A stretch of DNA of 64,000 nt. It comes from the human T2T-CHM13v2.0 reference genome, Homo sapiens. How positions within the stretch are numbered: the stretch's first letter is position 1; each line of letters starts with the position of its first letter. Location: the NCBI RefSeq assembly GCF_009914755.1, contig NC_060936.1; one strand, 5' to 3'. This document shows, one piece after another, positions 19,001-32,110 of this stretch. A program made the position numbers and the translations under genes. The notes under the pieces are model-generated. The model was not told where the DNA came from. It made no database searches and worked only from the letters and a program-made list of their open reading frames with translations.

Positions 19001-22000
19001 AATACTGCACTGTCAGAAATGGACAGATCATCCAGACAGAAGATCAACAAAGAAGCAGCAGAGTTAAAATACACACGAGACCTATTAGGCCTAACTGACA
19101 TTTACAGAACATTTCATCCAATTGCTACAGAATATGCATTCTTTTCATAAGCACATGGAACATTCTCCAGAATAGACCATATCTTAAACTCTGAACTAAT
19201 TCAAAAGAAGTAGAAATCATACCAACTATCTTTTCTGACCACAAGGGAATAAAACTAGAAATCAATAAAAGAGAAACCTTGGAAACTTCACAAACACTTG
19301 GAAATTAAACAACATTCTCCTGAATGACCAATGGGTCAATGAAGAAATTAAGAAGGAAATTTAAAAATTTATTAAAATGAATGAAAATTGGAATAAAACA
19401 CACTAAAATCTATGGGATACAGCAAAAGGAAAGTTTATAGCAATAAACATGAGTATCAAAAAGCAGAAAGACTTAAAATAAACAACCTAATGATGCACCT
19501 CAAGAAACTAGAAAAGCAAAAATAAACCAAACCCAAAACTAGTAGAATGAAAGAAATAATAAAAGTCAGAGCAAAAAGAAATATAATTGAAGCTAAAAGA
19601 ATAACAGAAGATCAAGGAAATGAAGAGGTGGTTTTTTGAAAAGATAAAATTGACTAACCTTTGGTTAGACTAACTAAGAAAAAAAGAGAGAAGACCTAAA
19701 TAAATAAATTAGAAACAAAAAAAAGAGACATAACAAATGAGACCACAGAAATAAAAAGAATAATTAAAGACTACAATGAACAACTATATGTCAACAAACT
19801 GAAAAACCTAGACAAAATGGATAAATTCCTAGACACAGCCTACCAAGAGTGAGCCATGAAGAAATAGAACACCTCCAAAAACCAATAACAAGTAATGAGA
19901 CTGAAGCTGTAATAAAAAAATCTCTTATCAAAGGAAAGCCCAGGACTTGGTGGCTTCACTTCTGAGTTCTACTGAACATTTAAAGAACTAATACCAATTC
20001 TACTGAAACTCTTCAAAAAAATTGAAGAAGAGGGAATATTTCCAAACTCATTCCACAAGGCCAGCATTACTCTAATACCAAAATAAGACAAAGACACAAC
20101 AAAAAAGAAAACTACAGGCCAGTATCGTAGATGAACATAGAGGCCAAAATTCCCAACAAAATACTAGCAAATTGAATTCAACAATAGATTAAAAAAATCA
20201 TTTACCATGATCAAGTGGAATTCATCTCAGGGACGCAAGGATGGTTCAATATATGCAAATCAATAAATGTGATATATCATATTGACAGAACCAAGAACAA
20301 AACCCATATGATTATTTCAATATATGCCAAAATAGCATTTAAAAAAATTTAACATCTCTTTATGATAAAGAATCCTCTATCAAACTGGGTATAGAAGGAA
20401 TATATCCCAAAATAATAAAGGCCATGTGTGACAAACCCACAGTAACATCATACTGAATGGGGAAAATTTGAAGGCCTTTCTTTTAAGAGCTGGAACAAGA
20501 CACGGATGCCCACTTTCACCAGTTTTATTCAATATAGTTCTGGAAGTTCTTGAGACAAGAGAAAGAAAGGGCATCCAAATCGGAAAGGAAGCAGTCAAAT
20601 TAGTCTTATTTGCGGATGACATGATCTTTTGCTTAGAAAAACCTAAAGACTCCACCAAAAAAGTTAGAACTGATAAATAAGTTCAATAAAGTTGCAGGAT
20701 ACAAAATCAACATACAAAAATCAGTAGCATTAATATACACCAATAGCAAACAATCTGAAAAAGAAATCAAGAAAGCATTCCATTTACAATAGCTATAAAG
20801 AATACAAAATACATAGGAATCAGTTTAACCAAAGAATTGAAAGATCTGTACAAGGAAAACTATAAAACACTTATTAAAGCAATTGAAGAGAACACAAAAA
20901 ATGGAAACCATGATATTTCATGCTCATGGACTTGTAAGAATTAATACCATTAAAATGACAATACTACTCAAAGCAATGTGCAGATTCAATGTAATTCCTA
21001 TCAAAATGACAATTCACCACAGAAATAGAAAAATAATCCTAAAATTTATGTGGACCCGTGAAAGACCCCAAGTTGCCAAAGCTATCCTGAGCAAAAAGAA
21101 CAAAGCTGGAGGTATCACACCACCTGAATTCAAAATTTACTACAAAGCTATAGTAATCAAATAAGCATAGTAGGGGCATAAAAACAGACATATAGACCAA
21201 TGGAACAGAATACAGAACCCAGATATAAACCCATGCACATACAACCAACTCATCTTTGACAAAGGCACCAAGAACATACACTGGGGAAAGGACAACCTCT
21301 TCAATACATGTTGCTGAGAAAACTGGATAACCATATATAGAAGAATAACACTAGATTCTTCTCTCTCACTGTATATAAAAATGAAGTCAAATGGATTAAA
21401 GACTTAAATCTAATACCTGAAACTATGAAACTACCAGACAAAAACGTTGGAGAAATGCTCCAGGACATTGGTCTGGGCAAGGATTTTTTGTGTAAGACCT
21501 CAAAAGCACAGGCAACTAGAGCAAAAATAGACAATTGGAATTACATCAAGCTAAAAGTCTGCACAACAAAGGAATCAATCAACAAAGTGAAGGGACAACC
21601 CCCAGAATGTGAGAAAGTATTTGCAAACCATCCATCTGACAAGGGCTTAATAACCAGAATATATGAAAAGGCGAAACAACTCAATAGCAAACCTCCAAAA
21701 CAATCTGATTAAAATGGGCAAAAGATCTGAAGGAGCATTCTCAAAAGAAGATATACATATGACCAGCAGGTTTATAAAAAGAAATGCTCAACATCACGAA
21801 TCATCAGACAAATACAAATGAAAACTACAATGAAATATCATCTCACCCAGTTAAAACGGCTTTTACCAAAAAGATAGGCAATAATGGATGCTGGCAAGGA
21901 TGTGGAGAAAGGGGAGCCTTGGTACATTGTTGGTGGGAATATAAATTGGTATAGCTACTATGGAGAACAGTATAGAGGTTCCTCAAAAAACAAAAAGTAG

Positions 22001-22680
22001 AACTATCATATGATCTAGCAATTCTACTACTGGGTATATATCCAAAAGAAAGGAAATTGGTATACTGAAAAGACATCTGCACTTTCATGTTTATTGCAGC
22101 ACTATTAACCATAGCCAAAATATGGAATCAACTTAAGTGCCCATCAATGGATGAATGGAAGAAAATATGGTATACGTATACAATGGAATATTATTAAGCC
22201 ACAAAAAGATTGAAATCTTGTCATTTGCAATAACATGGATGAAACTGGAGGTCATTATATTAAGTGAAATAAACCAGGCACAGAAAGACAAATATTACAT
22301 CTTCTAACTCATATGTGAAACTAAAAAAGTTTTTCTCCCAAATATAGAGTAAGCTGGTGATTACCAGAGTCTAGGAAAGAGTGGGGGAAGAAGAGAATTT
22401 GATTAGTGGATACAAATATACAGTTTGATAGAGGAATTCAGACCCAGTATTAGATCAGTTGGGTGACTCTAGTTTACAACAATTTATTGTATATTTCAAA
22501 ATAGCTAGAAGAGAAGAATTGGAATGGTTCTAACATAAAGAAAAGACAAATATTTAGGGTGATGAATATCCCAAGTACACGGTTTTGATTTTTACAAAGT
22601 ATATGATTATATTAGAGTATCACATGTACTTTGAAACTATGTGCATCTGTTATGGATTGATTAAAAATTAAATTAAAAAC
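16066..22680 (+). mobile_element. Near full-length degenerate L1MA1/L1MA2-type LINE-1 (5' UTR, ORF1, ORF2, 3' UTR)
   Basis: L1M1-type 5' end; ORF1 relic ~17100-18030; ORF2 relic ~18560-22320 (LFADDMI in ORF 20468-20680) with many stops and frameshifts; L1MA-type 3' end. Confidence 0.88.
16191..16500 (+). mobile_element. AluJ inserted in the L1MA 5' UTR
   Basis: J diagnostics (TTGCTTGAAGCCAGG, GAGCTATGATT); degenerate TSD AAATGAGACA/AAGTAAGACA. Confidence 0.9.
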
Positions 22681-22739
22681 TTCATATAAAAGGGGGAAAA
22701 TACAGAATATTCTGCCATATAGTCAATAGAAAGCCCAGC

Positions 22740-23150
22740 CCAGAGGCAATTGCAGTGGTGAAAGTGAGAGATGTTAGTCATTTGGACTGTGGTGGGAAGT
22801 TAGATTTAGGATAGGTCTTAAAGTTAGCAATGAAATAACTTCAGTTTTAAATTTAAAATATATCCTACTGGATAATTCATGGGGTTCTTTATGAGATGTG
22901 GGGGTCAGAGAAAGGGAAGAGGCCTTTGGGATTTTTGCATCAGCAACTGGGTGCCTTGTGGTTTCTTTGACTTAGATGGCGAAGGCTGGGGCATGCCAGT
23001 ATTGAGATGCCAATGAGATTTCTGAAGGGAGCTGTTAATAGCAAGCTGGATGTATAAGTGTCGAGCTCAGGGAAGAGGGTGGTGTGAGAGATATAAATTT
23101 GGAAGTCATTAGCATATAGATGGTATTTAAAGCCTAGGGAATGAAGATAG
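22740..23150 (-). mobile_element. L2 fragment(s)
   Basis: GAGATATAAATTTGGAAGTCATTAGCATATAGATGGTATTTAAAGCC. Confidence 0.75.
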
Positions 23151-23538
23151 GCTCTACAGTGCAATTCACAGTGAAGATCTTCACATCATGACTCTTTTAG
23201 CAACAAAGAGCATAAACATCACTGAAGCATGTTCTGTGTGTGGGGCTCTTGTCAAGTCTCTTGATTTCTCTAAGTATTTGTTAGCCTATCAGGAAAATAA
23301 GTGGTAAGCACACACATTCAAGCCATACCCTCAATGCCTGAAGGACCACACTGTAGTTCTCTAATTTCATAGAAGGTGAAGTCATATATTTTGTTTTCTG
23401 CAAAAGGATGCCACTTTAAGATCTTCAGAGAAATGCAAAAATTGACTAGGGCAGTTTAGAATTCATCAAATTGCACAATTGAGAGTAATCTACACTCAAG
23501 TAGATGTTTGAAATTCTACATTTAGTTGTGGGTTTCTT

Positions 23539-23617
23539 AAATATGCAGCGAATAATTTAAGTGAAGCGAAATATGCAGCAAATAATATGCAGCGAAATAT
23601 GCAGCGAATAATTTAAG
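23539..23617. repeat. Perfect 23-bp direct repeat enclosing a patchwork of its own sub-fragments
   Basis: AAATATGCAGCGAATAATTTAAG at 23539-23561 and 23595-23617. Confidence 0.9.
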
Positions 23618-24094
23618 ATACTGCACAAATAACTGGAGAGACAATAATTTCAGTTGCAATGCTGGTGACAAAGTATTATGAAAATGAAACGCATTGTGTT
23701 CAGAATAATACTACTCCAAAGCATGCAAAATCAGTCCACCTGGTAAACTCAATCCTTCAGGAATACAAACAGAATGTACTTCTGAAAGTTGAGAAAAGTA
23801 ACTTTCTGCTTTTGAGCCCATCTTTATTTTTGGTGACAGGAGTAACAAAATTTATACCTTTTGCATAAGCAACTTGTACTTTTGCATATTCGTGACAACA
23901 TATGGATTAAATGTTTTAAAATGAGTCTAGTCTAATTTTTCTAATAAAAAAGTAATTGCTAGCTCTAAAAAAAAATGGGAAGCTATAATGGAAGAAGCCT
24001 GGGTAATGGAGAGTTGGCTCTACCACTAGGCTCATGGAGGACACCAAGACCAGGCAAAAAACTCCCATGCTAACTTCTCCTGAGTTGTTCTTTC

Positions 24095-24450
24095 AGGCCA
24101 TTGCTCCAAGTATGGTGTTGGAATTCCCGCACCAGAATCACCCAGGTGATTAAGATGTAGATTTCTCGATCCCATTTTAGACCTACTCCACCACAGTTTC
24201 TGAGTATAAATCTGCATTTTAAATAAGCACTCTTAGGTGGTTCTAAATCAGGAGTTTTAAACCTGGCTTCACAGACATGCTAGGACAAGGTTCTCAAACT
24301 TTAGTGTACATAAGAATCACCTGAAGAGTGGGATAAAACGCAGATACTGGAATCTGGAAGTCCCAGAGCCTGTCTGTGTTTTTAATTTGCATCCTGGGTC
24401 TCTTGAATGAGGGTGGTCTAGGGACCTCACTCTGAGAAACCCTGCCTAGG
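24095..24450. mobile_element. Cluster of MER5A/MER5B-type hAT MITEs
   Basis: Two AGAATCACC cores; GGTTCTCAAACTT...TGAGAAACCCTG terminal inverted repeats. Confidence 0.7.
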
Positions 24451-25919
24451 AGGTTTTAGGAGTTCCATGCCCTGCCATCCCCATCCTTCCATCTCTGCTC
24501 CCTGACAACTTAAATGCAAACTTTATCTGTATGTGCCTCTGTGCCATTACATGATAAGGAAGGTCTTTTGCTTATTTTAGATCTTTCAGTCCAGAAAAAA
24601 GTTAAGAGACACTGCCGAAGATACCAGCTCTTCTGATCAATCCTAATACTTTCTTGCACTTCTACATAAGCAATTCAGAAAAACAGCATTGGCAGGGAGC
24701 TGCAGAAACTGCTCCCCTAGGTGAGCTATTTGCTCCTCAAATGATGCATATGCCCTGTCTGAGCCGAAGCTCGAGAATAGGAGCACACCAAAAAGCATTC
24801 GGTCTCTAGGTTCTGATTCATTTCTCTCCCTCCCCAGCCTTCAGGCATTATTTTAGGGAAGCCAACTTTAAAACAACAACAACAACAATTTGTTTATATC
24901 ACTAAGTATGCTACCCTGGAAGTACATGTTTTCTGATTTACCATGGTTGTTCTTTCCCAACTCCTCAGAACTATCATGGAGAACCACTTCTGCTTTCCTC
25001 ATTATTAAACTGAAAGACTAAGGAAGGCTGCATTTGCTCACTCTCCTGTGATTTCTAGTAAAATCGAGCATCCTGTCTTTTTCATTTGTCCATGATTTCA
25101 TCGGTGTTTGACCTAGCTCCAATTATATTCATTCTTACGGAACTTTCCGTTTGCTTGTTTCTTTTATTCCCTCTTATGTTGTTTTCAACTCATTTTGTGT
25201 TTGAACAGAGAAAAAAAAAGATGTGAAGATGAAACATTTATCTAGTGGTCCATTTGGTGGAAAAAACACACAAAACATTTTAAGGCTGAAATTTTTGAAG
25301 TCGCTGCTGAGATGCCAACCAAAATGGACCAAGGACACTGGAGTGGGAAGAACTCTGGCTTTGGAAGCTGAAAGATCTCAGCAACTTGCTGCCATGTGGC
25401 CCTGGGAAGCAGCCTACAGGCTTCGAGCCTGTTTTCCCATCTGTAAGAAGGCAGATTCCTAGTTCCACTTGTCTGTGTAGGCTGACATTTTCTCAACCCA
25501 TCCAGTAGGATTCAGCACCTCTTTCTGCCCTTCCAGTGGGGCCACTCATGCCACAAGTATTCTAGAGCCATGTCGAGTTTACTAAAGATTTTGTACAGAA
25601 ATGCAGGAGGGTTTTACACTGTAGACCTCCACAGTAAAACCTGCTGAGCTCCCATGAATAGATCCCCTCTCCCAAGTCTTTCCATCTCCCTGCTGATTGA
25701 CAGCTTCTCTTCTTCCTCTCTTTGCTTCACAGTTCGCAGGCTCACTCACTGGATGAACTTCTGTCTTCCTCACTTTCCATATCTCCCCCTTCCCTGCAGG
25801 CCCCTAAACACTGTCCACTTCCTCCTTGCTTGGACTTAGGTCCTCCAAACTTGTAAACCTGAAGCCATCAGGTACTCTGAAAACAAGGAAACTTCTCTCC
25901 CCCTCATCCTGGCTCCTTA

Positions 25920-26394
<475 letters not shown>

Positions 26395-27319
26395 TATTAT
26401 GTCATATTAACTACACCTTTTCTCTCCTTTTAAAAGAACCTTAAAACAAATCCCAGCCTTTTTCATGTTACATGTAAAAAGTGATAATGACAGACTGAAG
26501 ATGCTGCCCATGGCTGGGACACTTCCCAGGGCCCTGGCTTCCCCATAGCTGAAGGGGCAACATTTTACTATATCCTGAATCTACCCAATGCATACCACGT
26601 GCCATTGCACGCAGACCAGGAAGACATTCTCACCTGTAAAAGGGCGGAAATAATGCCTATTTCACAGGTCTGTCTTAAGATTAAATGAAATCATATCTTT
26701 AAACCAGCAAGCAGAGTCTTGGGCACTCAGGCAGTGTTTAGGGAACCTCAGTTAGGCCTAGACTTAGTCTCCATGTTGGTTCATTTTCCTGGCAAGTTTT
26801 CTTTGTCGAGAACGTCTTTACTTCTCTTCATTTGTTTCACTTTAGAAAACATTTATGAAGTCTCTAAACTTTCTTCCTTGAAGTCACACTGGCTGAAGTC
26901 AGTTATTTTCACTGTTTGCAAGGAGTTGACACTCTGGGCCTTAATGGTGGTCTCCCCTGGGCCACCTCTCTTCCATGTGTTGTACATTTTAACCCCCACC
27001 CAGCCCTGTGCCTTGCTCTCCTCTGCTCTCACTCCCTCTGTGTCTCTGATGTTCCTGCTCTGGATCCTCACACTACTGATGGCTTAGGTCCACATCTCAT
27101 CATCACACTCTAGTACCCCTTTACCACCTGCTCCTGGGTTAGACTAATTGCTCATTGGAACCGAGGGAACCTGTGACTCTCACCTTGTTGTATGTGTTAC
27201 TTCCGTATGTCAGTTTCAATCATTCATCTGTGGACAATCCCCTTGGCAGATTAGCATGAACCCCTGAATTTTGTAGGGAAAGATAACTTGAAGATCAATT
27301 ATAATTGCTCTCATTTTCT

Positions 27320-27762
27320 TCCTCACACTGCTTCAGCCATGCCGCTTCTGTGCTGTTCCATGAATGCAATGGGGACACTCCTTCTGCCGGACTTTGCTGC
27401 TCTTTCCTATGCCTGGAACACTCTCCTCCCAGATTTTCACTTGGCCTGCACCCTCATCTATTTCAAGTTTTTGCTCAAAGGTCATCTTCATGAGTCTCTT
27501 CACTGACTATTCCCCAGTCCCACTGACTTCTTCCTTGCTTTACTGGCTGTTAACAGTGTGTGTGTGTGGTGTGTGTGTGTGTGTGTGTGTGTGTGACAGA
27601 GAGTGTGTGTGCAAGAAAATACAGTTTGCCTGCTCCCACTAGAATGTACAACTCCATGACAGTAGGGATTTTGTCCTTTGCCTTTCTCACTATATGTTCC
27701 CTGTATTTAGAATATGCCCTGGTACATAACAGGTATATAGTTGTCGAGTTGAATGAATGAAT
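27320..27762 (+). mobile_element. L2 3' end containing a (TG)n microsatellite (27556-27611)
   Basis: TGCCTGGAACACTCTCCTCCCAG...ends GTTGAATGAATGAATG. Confidence 0.75.
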
Positions 27763-28216
27763 GTGTAACTTATTTCAGACAACAGAAAGTGCCAGAGAGG
27801 TGAAAGGAATTGTCCAAGGTCACACAGTTATTTAGGAGTAGAATTGGTAAGTTGACTTGGGTTTCCATCACACAGCTCGGTGTCTTTCCTCTGCCCCAGC
27901 TTCCTGCATTATCAACCACAATCCACAGTGCTCTGCCCTCCTAGAGTGTAGCTGGGGAAGGCTTGGAGTCTGGCATTAGCAAGGATGAAATGGAGTAATG
28001 TCTTTAATGTCTTAAATGTATACACTTATGAAAGCCACTTCATTTGCTATACTGTAGGTATACTGCCCTTCCTTCAGTTCTTCAAATCTATCTCAGGGAT
28101 TTTGCACATGTGATTCTCTGAAATGCTTTTTGCCCAGTTCTTCCCTTGACTGACTCCCTTCCATCCTTCAAGCCTCAGCTTAAATATGCCTTCTTGAGAA
28201 TCCATCCCTTCCTATC

Positions 28217-28544
28217 TGCCATGTCTGAATGTCTGTGTCCCTCAAATTCTTATGTTGAAACCTAATCCCCAGTGTGATAGTCTTAAGAGGTGAGGCCTTG
28301 GGGACGTGATTAGGTCACTAATGGGATTAGTGCCCTTGTAAAATACACCAGAAAGAGTTTGTTTGTCCTTTCAACCATGTGAGGACACAGCAAGAAGTCA
28401 CCATCTATGAACCAGGAAATGGTTGGGCTCTCACCAGACACCAAATCTTGGACTTCCCGGCCCAGAACTGTGAAAAATAAATTTTCATTATTTATAAGCT
28501 ACCCAGTTTATGGTATTTCGTTATAGAGCTTGAACAGACTGACA
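28217..28544 (+). mobile_element. MLT1A LTR inserted in L2
   Basis: CTGAATGTCTGTGTCCCTCAAATTCTTATGTTGAAACC...ACCCAGTTTATGGTATTT. Confidence 0.8.
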
Positions 28545-30106
28545 TTACCCACACGAAAAGTTTTGGTCATTTTATTCAGAATATTTGTCATTATTTGCTT
28601 GTGATTTCTTATTTAGTCAATTCTCTTCCTATAAAGCAAGGGCCATTTCTTCTTTGTTCACTTTTGTACAATCAATGCTAACATAGTCTCTGTAGTGGAT
28701 GAATTAATGAATAAGTCTATTATCAAATAAAATGCAAAGGACTTGAGGATTAGACATTTTTTCATAATAGCCATTATAGCTGCTGTTTGAATATACCACG
28801 TCTAAAAAAACAACTGCCAGCAAGTAAAAAGCCCCACAAGCCAACCACAGGTTGAGTGAGGCATCTATGATTGTGTATGTTTGCTTTGGTCTAGTTCTAA
28901 CTTGTCATGTAGATTTCAGGCAAGTGACATGATATTTCTTTATCACAGTTGAAACCCAGACACAGAAATCACATGCCATATTGTAGGGCCTTATTTATAA
29001 GTAATGTATAGCGAGCTGTGATGACAAATATTCATATCCAAATCAAGTCTTACTGAGGTATCTTGCTTAATTTCTATCTTGTTAGATTATACCTAACAAC
29101 AATTTGAAAATTATTCTAGATTAATGAATAAATATTTATTTAGAATTTATCCAGTCCCTAACCCTGAGAAGAATATAAAGATAATGGCCTTGTTCTTAAG
29201 AAAAAGACTGTTTAAAGACAATGGGCTTTTTTTCTTAAGAAACAGACTGTTTAATGGGATGAACACAATTTATAAACAAGATACCATAAACAGGATTATA
29301 CTCCCTACTGTGTGTATTGAGAAGGACAGACAGTAAGTACAATGGAACTTGGCGGGTAGGAGAGGAAAATAAATGTGTGCTGGAGTTTTAAGGGAAGGGT
29401 TCCTAGATGAGGTGGAATTTAACTAGTCTTTGAAGGATGGGGGAGAATAAATCAGCATATTTATTGAGTGCCTACTGTGCATAAGATATCTTACTAAATA
29501 CTATGGGGGATACAAAGATTATAAGACAAGGTGCCTACCCCTGCCAAGTTTATAATCTTGTTGTAGAAACATGATAGAAATTAGTGAAAAGTTAAATAAT
29601 GTTATGAGGGATAAATAGCAGCTTAAGATGACAGCAGCACAGGAGATGTTATAGACATTATGTGATTAATTACCGGATGAATGATATTGATGATCATGGC
29701 TCTAGGAGCTCCAAGGAGGTGGGTTGGGAAGGCTTCTCAGAAGACACAGGACCTCTACGTGAGTTAGAAGGATGGATGGGATTGGCTAAGAAGATGATGG
29801 GAGACATTATCAGGGAGGCAGAATGGAGATTGGCATAAACAAAAGAGTACAGGTAGGGCAGGACAGAGAGGAAAATGTGTCCGAGGAAAATAAGTGAGCC
29901 AGGCTGGCTAAGAACAGATAGAAAATTAGAAAACTGAATGGTTAGAAATAAAACTGGGGAGAAGGATTAAGACCAGGTCATGAAGACAATGAAAGCTAGA
30001 CTATTGAGTTTATATATCACCGTTCCTGCAATGAAGAACCACTAAATATTTTGCATGCGGGCATGATGTTTTATAATTTGTCTGGCAGCAGGGTAAAGAA
30101 AAGCTT

Positions 30107-30340
30107 TGACTAACATGGAGAAACCCCGTCTCTACTAAAAACACAAAAAATTAGCCGGGCGTGTTGGCACGTGCCTGTAATCCCAGCTAATTCAGGAGGC
30201 TGAGGCAGGAGAATCGCTTGAACCTGGGAGGTGGAGGTTGCGGTGAGCCGAGGTTGTGGCGAGCCGAGATCATGCCATTGCACTCCAGCCTGGGCAACAA
30301 GAATGAAACTCCATCTAAAAAAAAAAAAAAAGAATAAAAA
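30107..30340 (+). mobile_element. 5'-truncated AluSp with 15-bp TSD
   Basis: ATGGAGAAACCCC diagnostic; TSD AAAGAAAAGCTTTGA at 30095-30109 and 30339-30353. Confidence 0.9.
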
Positions 30341-31759
30341 AGAAAAGCTTTGAAAAGAGTGGTTATGTGAGAGGCTACTTCGGAGGTGCAAGCACAGGAT
30401 AGAAGGAACTGTTATCGGAAGTGGTGGCCATTCCCAGTTGGACGTAGGTAGACACATAGAGGTAAACTGCAAAGGAACAATCACAAGTGTTTGTGGCTGG
30501 GTGAAGATGGAATTGAAGAGAGAAATGGGTCAAACAAGGGTTTTGAATGTTTCCAGCCTGGATTGCAAAAGAATTCAGTGACACCTACTTACCTGCACAC
30601 ACACACACGTTCATTTATTGAGTACTTGCTATATTAGTCAGAGACTGCCTTAGATGTTAAAAATACAAAATACGTAAGACAGGACCCATGACTTTAAATT
30701 TTTACAGTCAAAGTGGGATAACAATATTCAGTAAGCAATTTTAGAGTGCCCAGTATCTTCTAGAGATAATAGACAACATTATATACAGAAGTTTAGGAAT
30801 CGGAAGAGGGTACTTTACATTCATTTGTATGGGAAGGGAAGTATAACTTCAACTTATGGGCAAGGAACTCAGGGTCACAGAGAGACTTCCACATGGAAAT
30901 GTACAGAGGACAAAGGCAAATGTAGAATTAAAGCCCAGGGAGGGGAATGCAGGTTCAAGAGGGCTTAGTGAAAGTAGATGTCCTCAAAAGAGAAAGTATC
31001 AAGAGAGAAGAGACAGAGGCAGAAATTCAAACCTTAGGCTACAATCACATTTAGAGTTGGCAAATTAGATCAACTAAGATGGGATAAACACAATCAGAGC
31101 AGAGTTGGGACAGGGTGTATTACTCAAAGGAAGGAGAGGCTTTATTCAACAGTGTTGGTGGTTGAGGGGGGATTGAGTTGCAGAGGTCGAGGTGGGAAGG
31201 ATTAAGAAAAGATCGTGAAGCGGGGTGTCTACGCAGTCAAGGAACCCTCTGTTCCTGGGACTTTGTCACCAGAGTGGATGACCATGTCAGGTATGTCACA
31301 GAAAACCCCATAAACTTGGTGAAAAATTGGGTCAGATAAAGGGTTGTTCAACTGTGGTGTTTTCAAGAAAAGCATTACTAATGGAAACAAAGTATAGAAG
31401 TTTATAAACTATTTGCCTTTTTTATACTAATATATCAAAGAACGTCAGATTTATCAGAATAGTAATTTTGTATTTGATGACTTGCATTTAGACATGGTTC
31501 ACGGAGTGAGAAAGGTAATTTACCTGAAAGGTACCTTACCTTGCAATTGGACATAACTCCCAGCCCATGGCATGCCCACCAACATCTGTGGCTCATATGA
31601 ATATCATTAGCGATAATGTGTATGGTCATGGTGTGTTAAGCACACTACAGGTTCTCTTGTAACTCAATATTTTTATAATACTGTGATTTAACAATTAGAG
31701 GTCATAGGTTAGGAGCTTCTGAAGGGTAGGGATGGTGTATTGTACCCCTGCGTGTGTAT

Positions 31760-32110
31760 CCCTTACAAGGTCTGATACACTGGTAAGTAATAAATAAACT
31801 GATGGAGGCCTTTGGTAGTGCAGTAAAGTTACGATGGAGCAGGAAAACTTTTTCAGTATCTAGTCATGAAGATGATTAAGAGATTGAAAAATAGAGGTAA
31901 AATGTAAGGGGGTGACTTTTGAAATAGCCTTCATATCTGTGAATGGTCACTGCATTATTGGGACATATATTTAGGCTCTGATAAGGTGGACTTAGATTGG
32001 ATATGAGAAAGCTGTTTTGGCAATAAACGCTGATAGATCCTGAACTAAGATTGTCAAAAAGATGTGAGTGGTAGAGGTCTGAAAGTGCTTGAAAAATGAA
32101 AGCAATCTAT
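31760..32110 (+). mobile_element. Probable CR1/L3 3' fragment
   Basis: GATGATTAAGAGATTGAAAA...AGCCTTCATATCTGTGAATGG...AGATTGGATATGAGAAAG resembles L3. Confidence 0.45.

Noticed and set aside
16046-22710. TSD for the L1MA element
   Set aside because: Only vague similarity (AAGTGAGAAGATATA vs AAGGGGGAAAATACA), too degenerate to call.
23539-23617. CRISPR-like repeat-spacer array
   Set aside because: Only two full repeats, the spacer is self-derived, there are no cas genes, and the context is mammalian.
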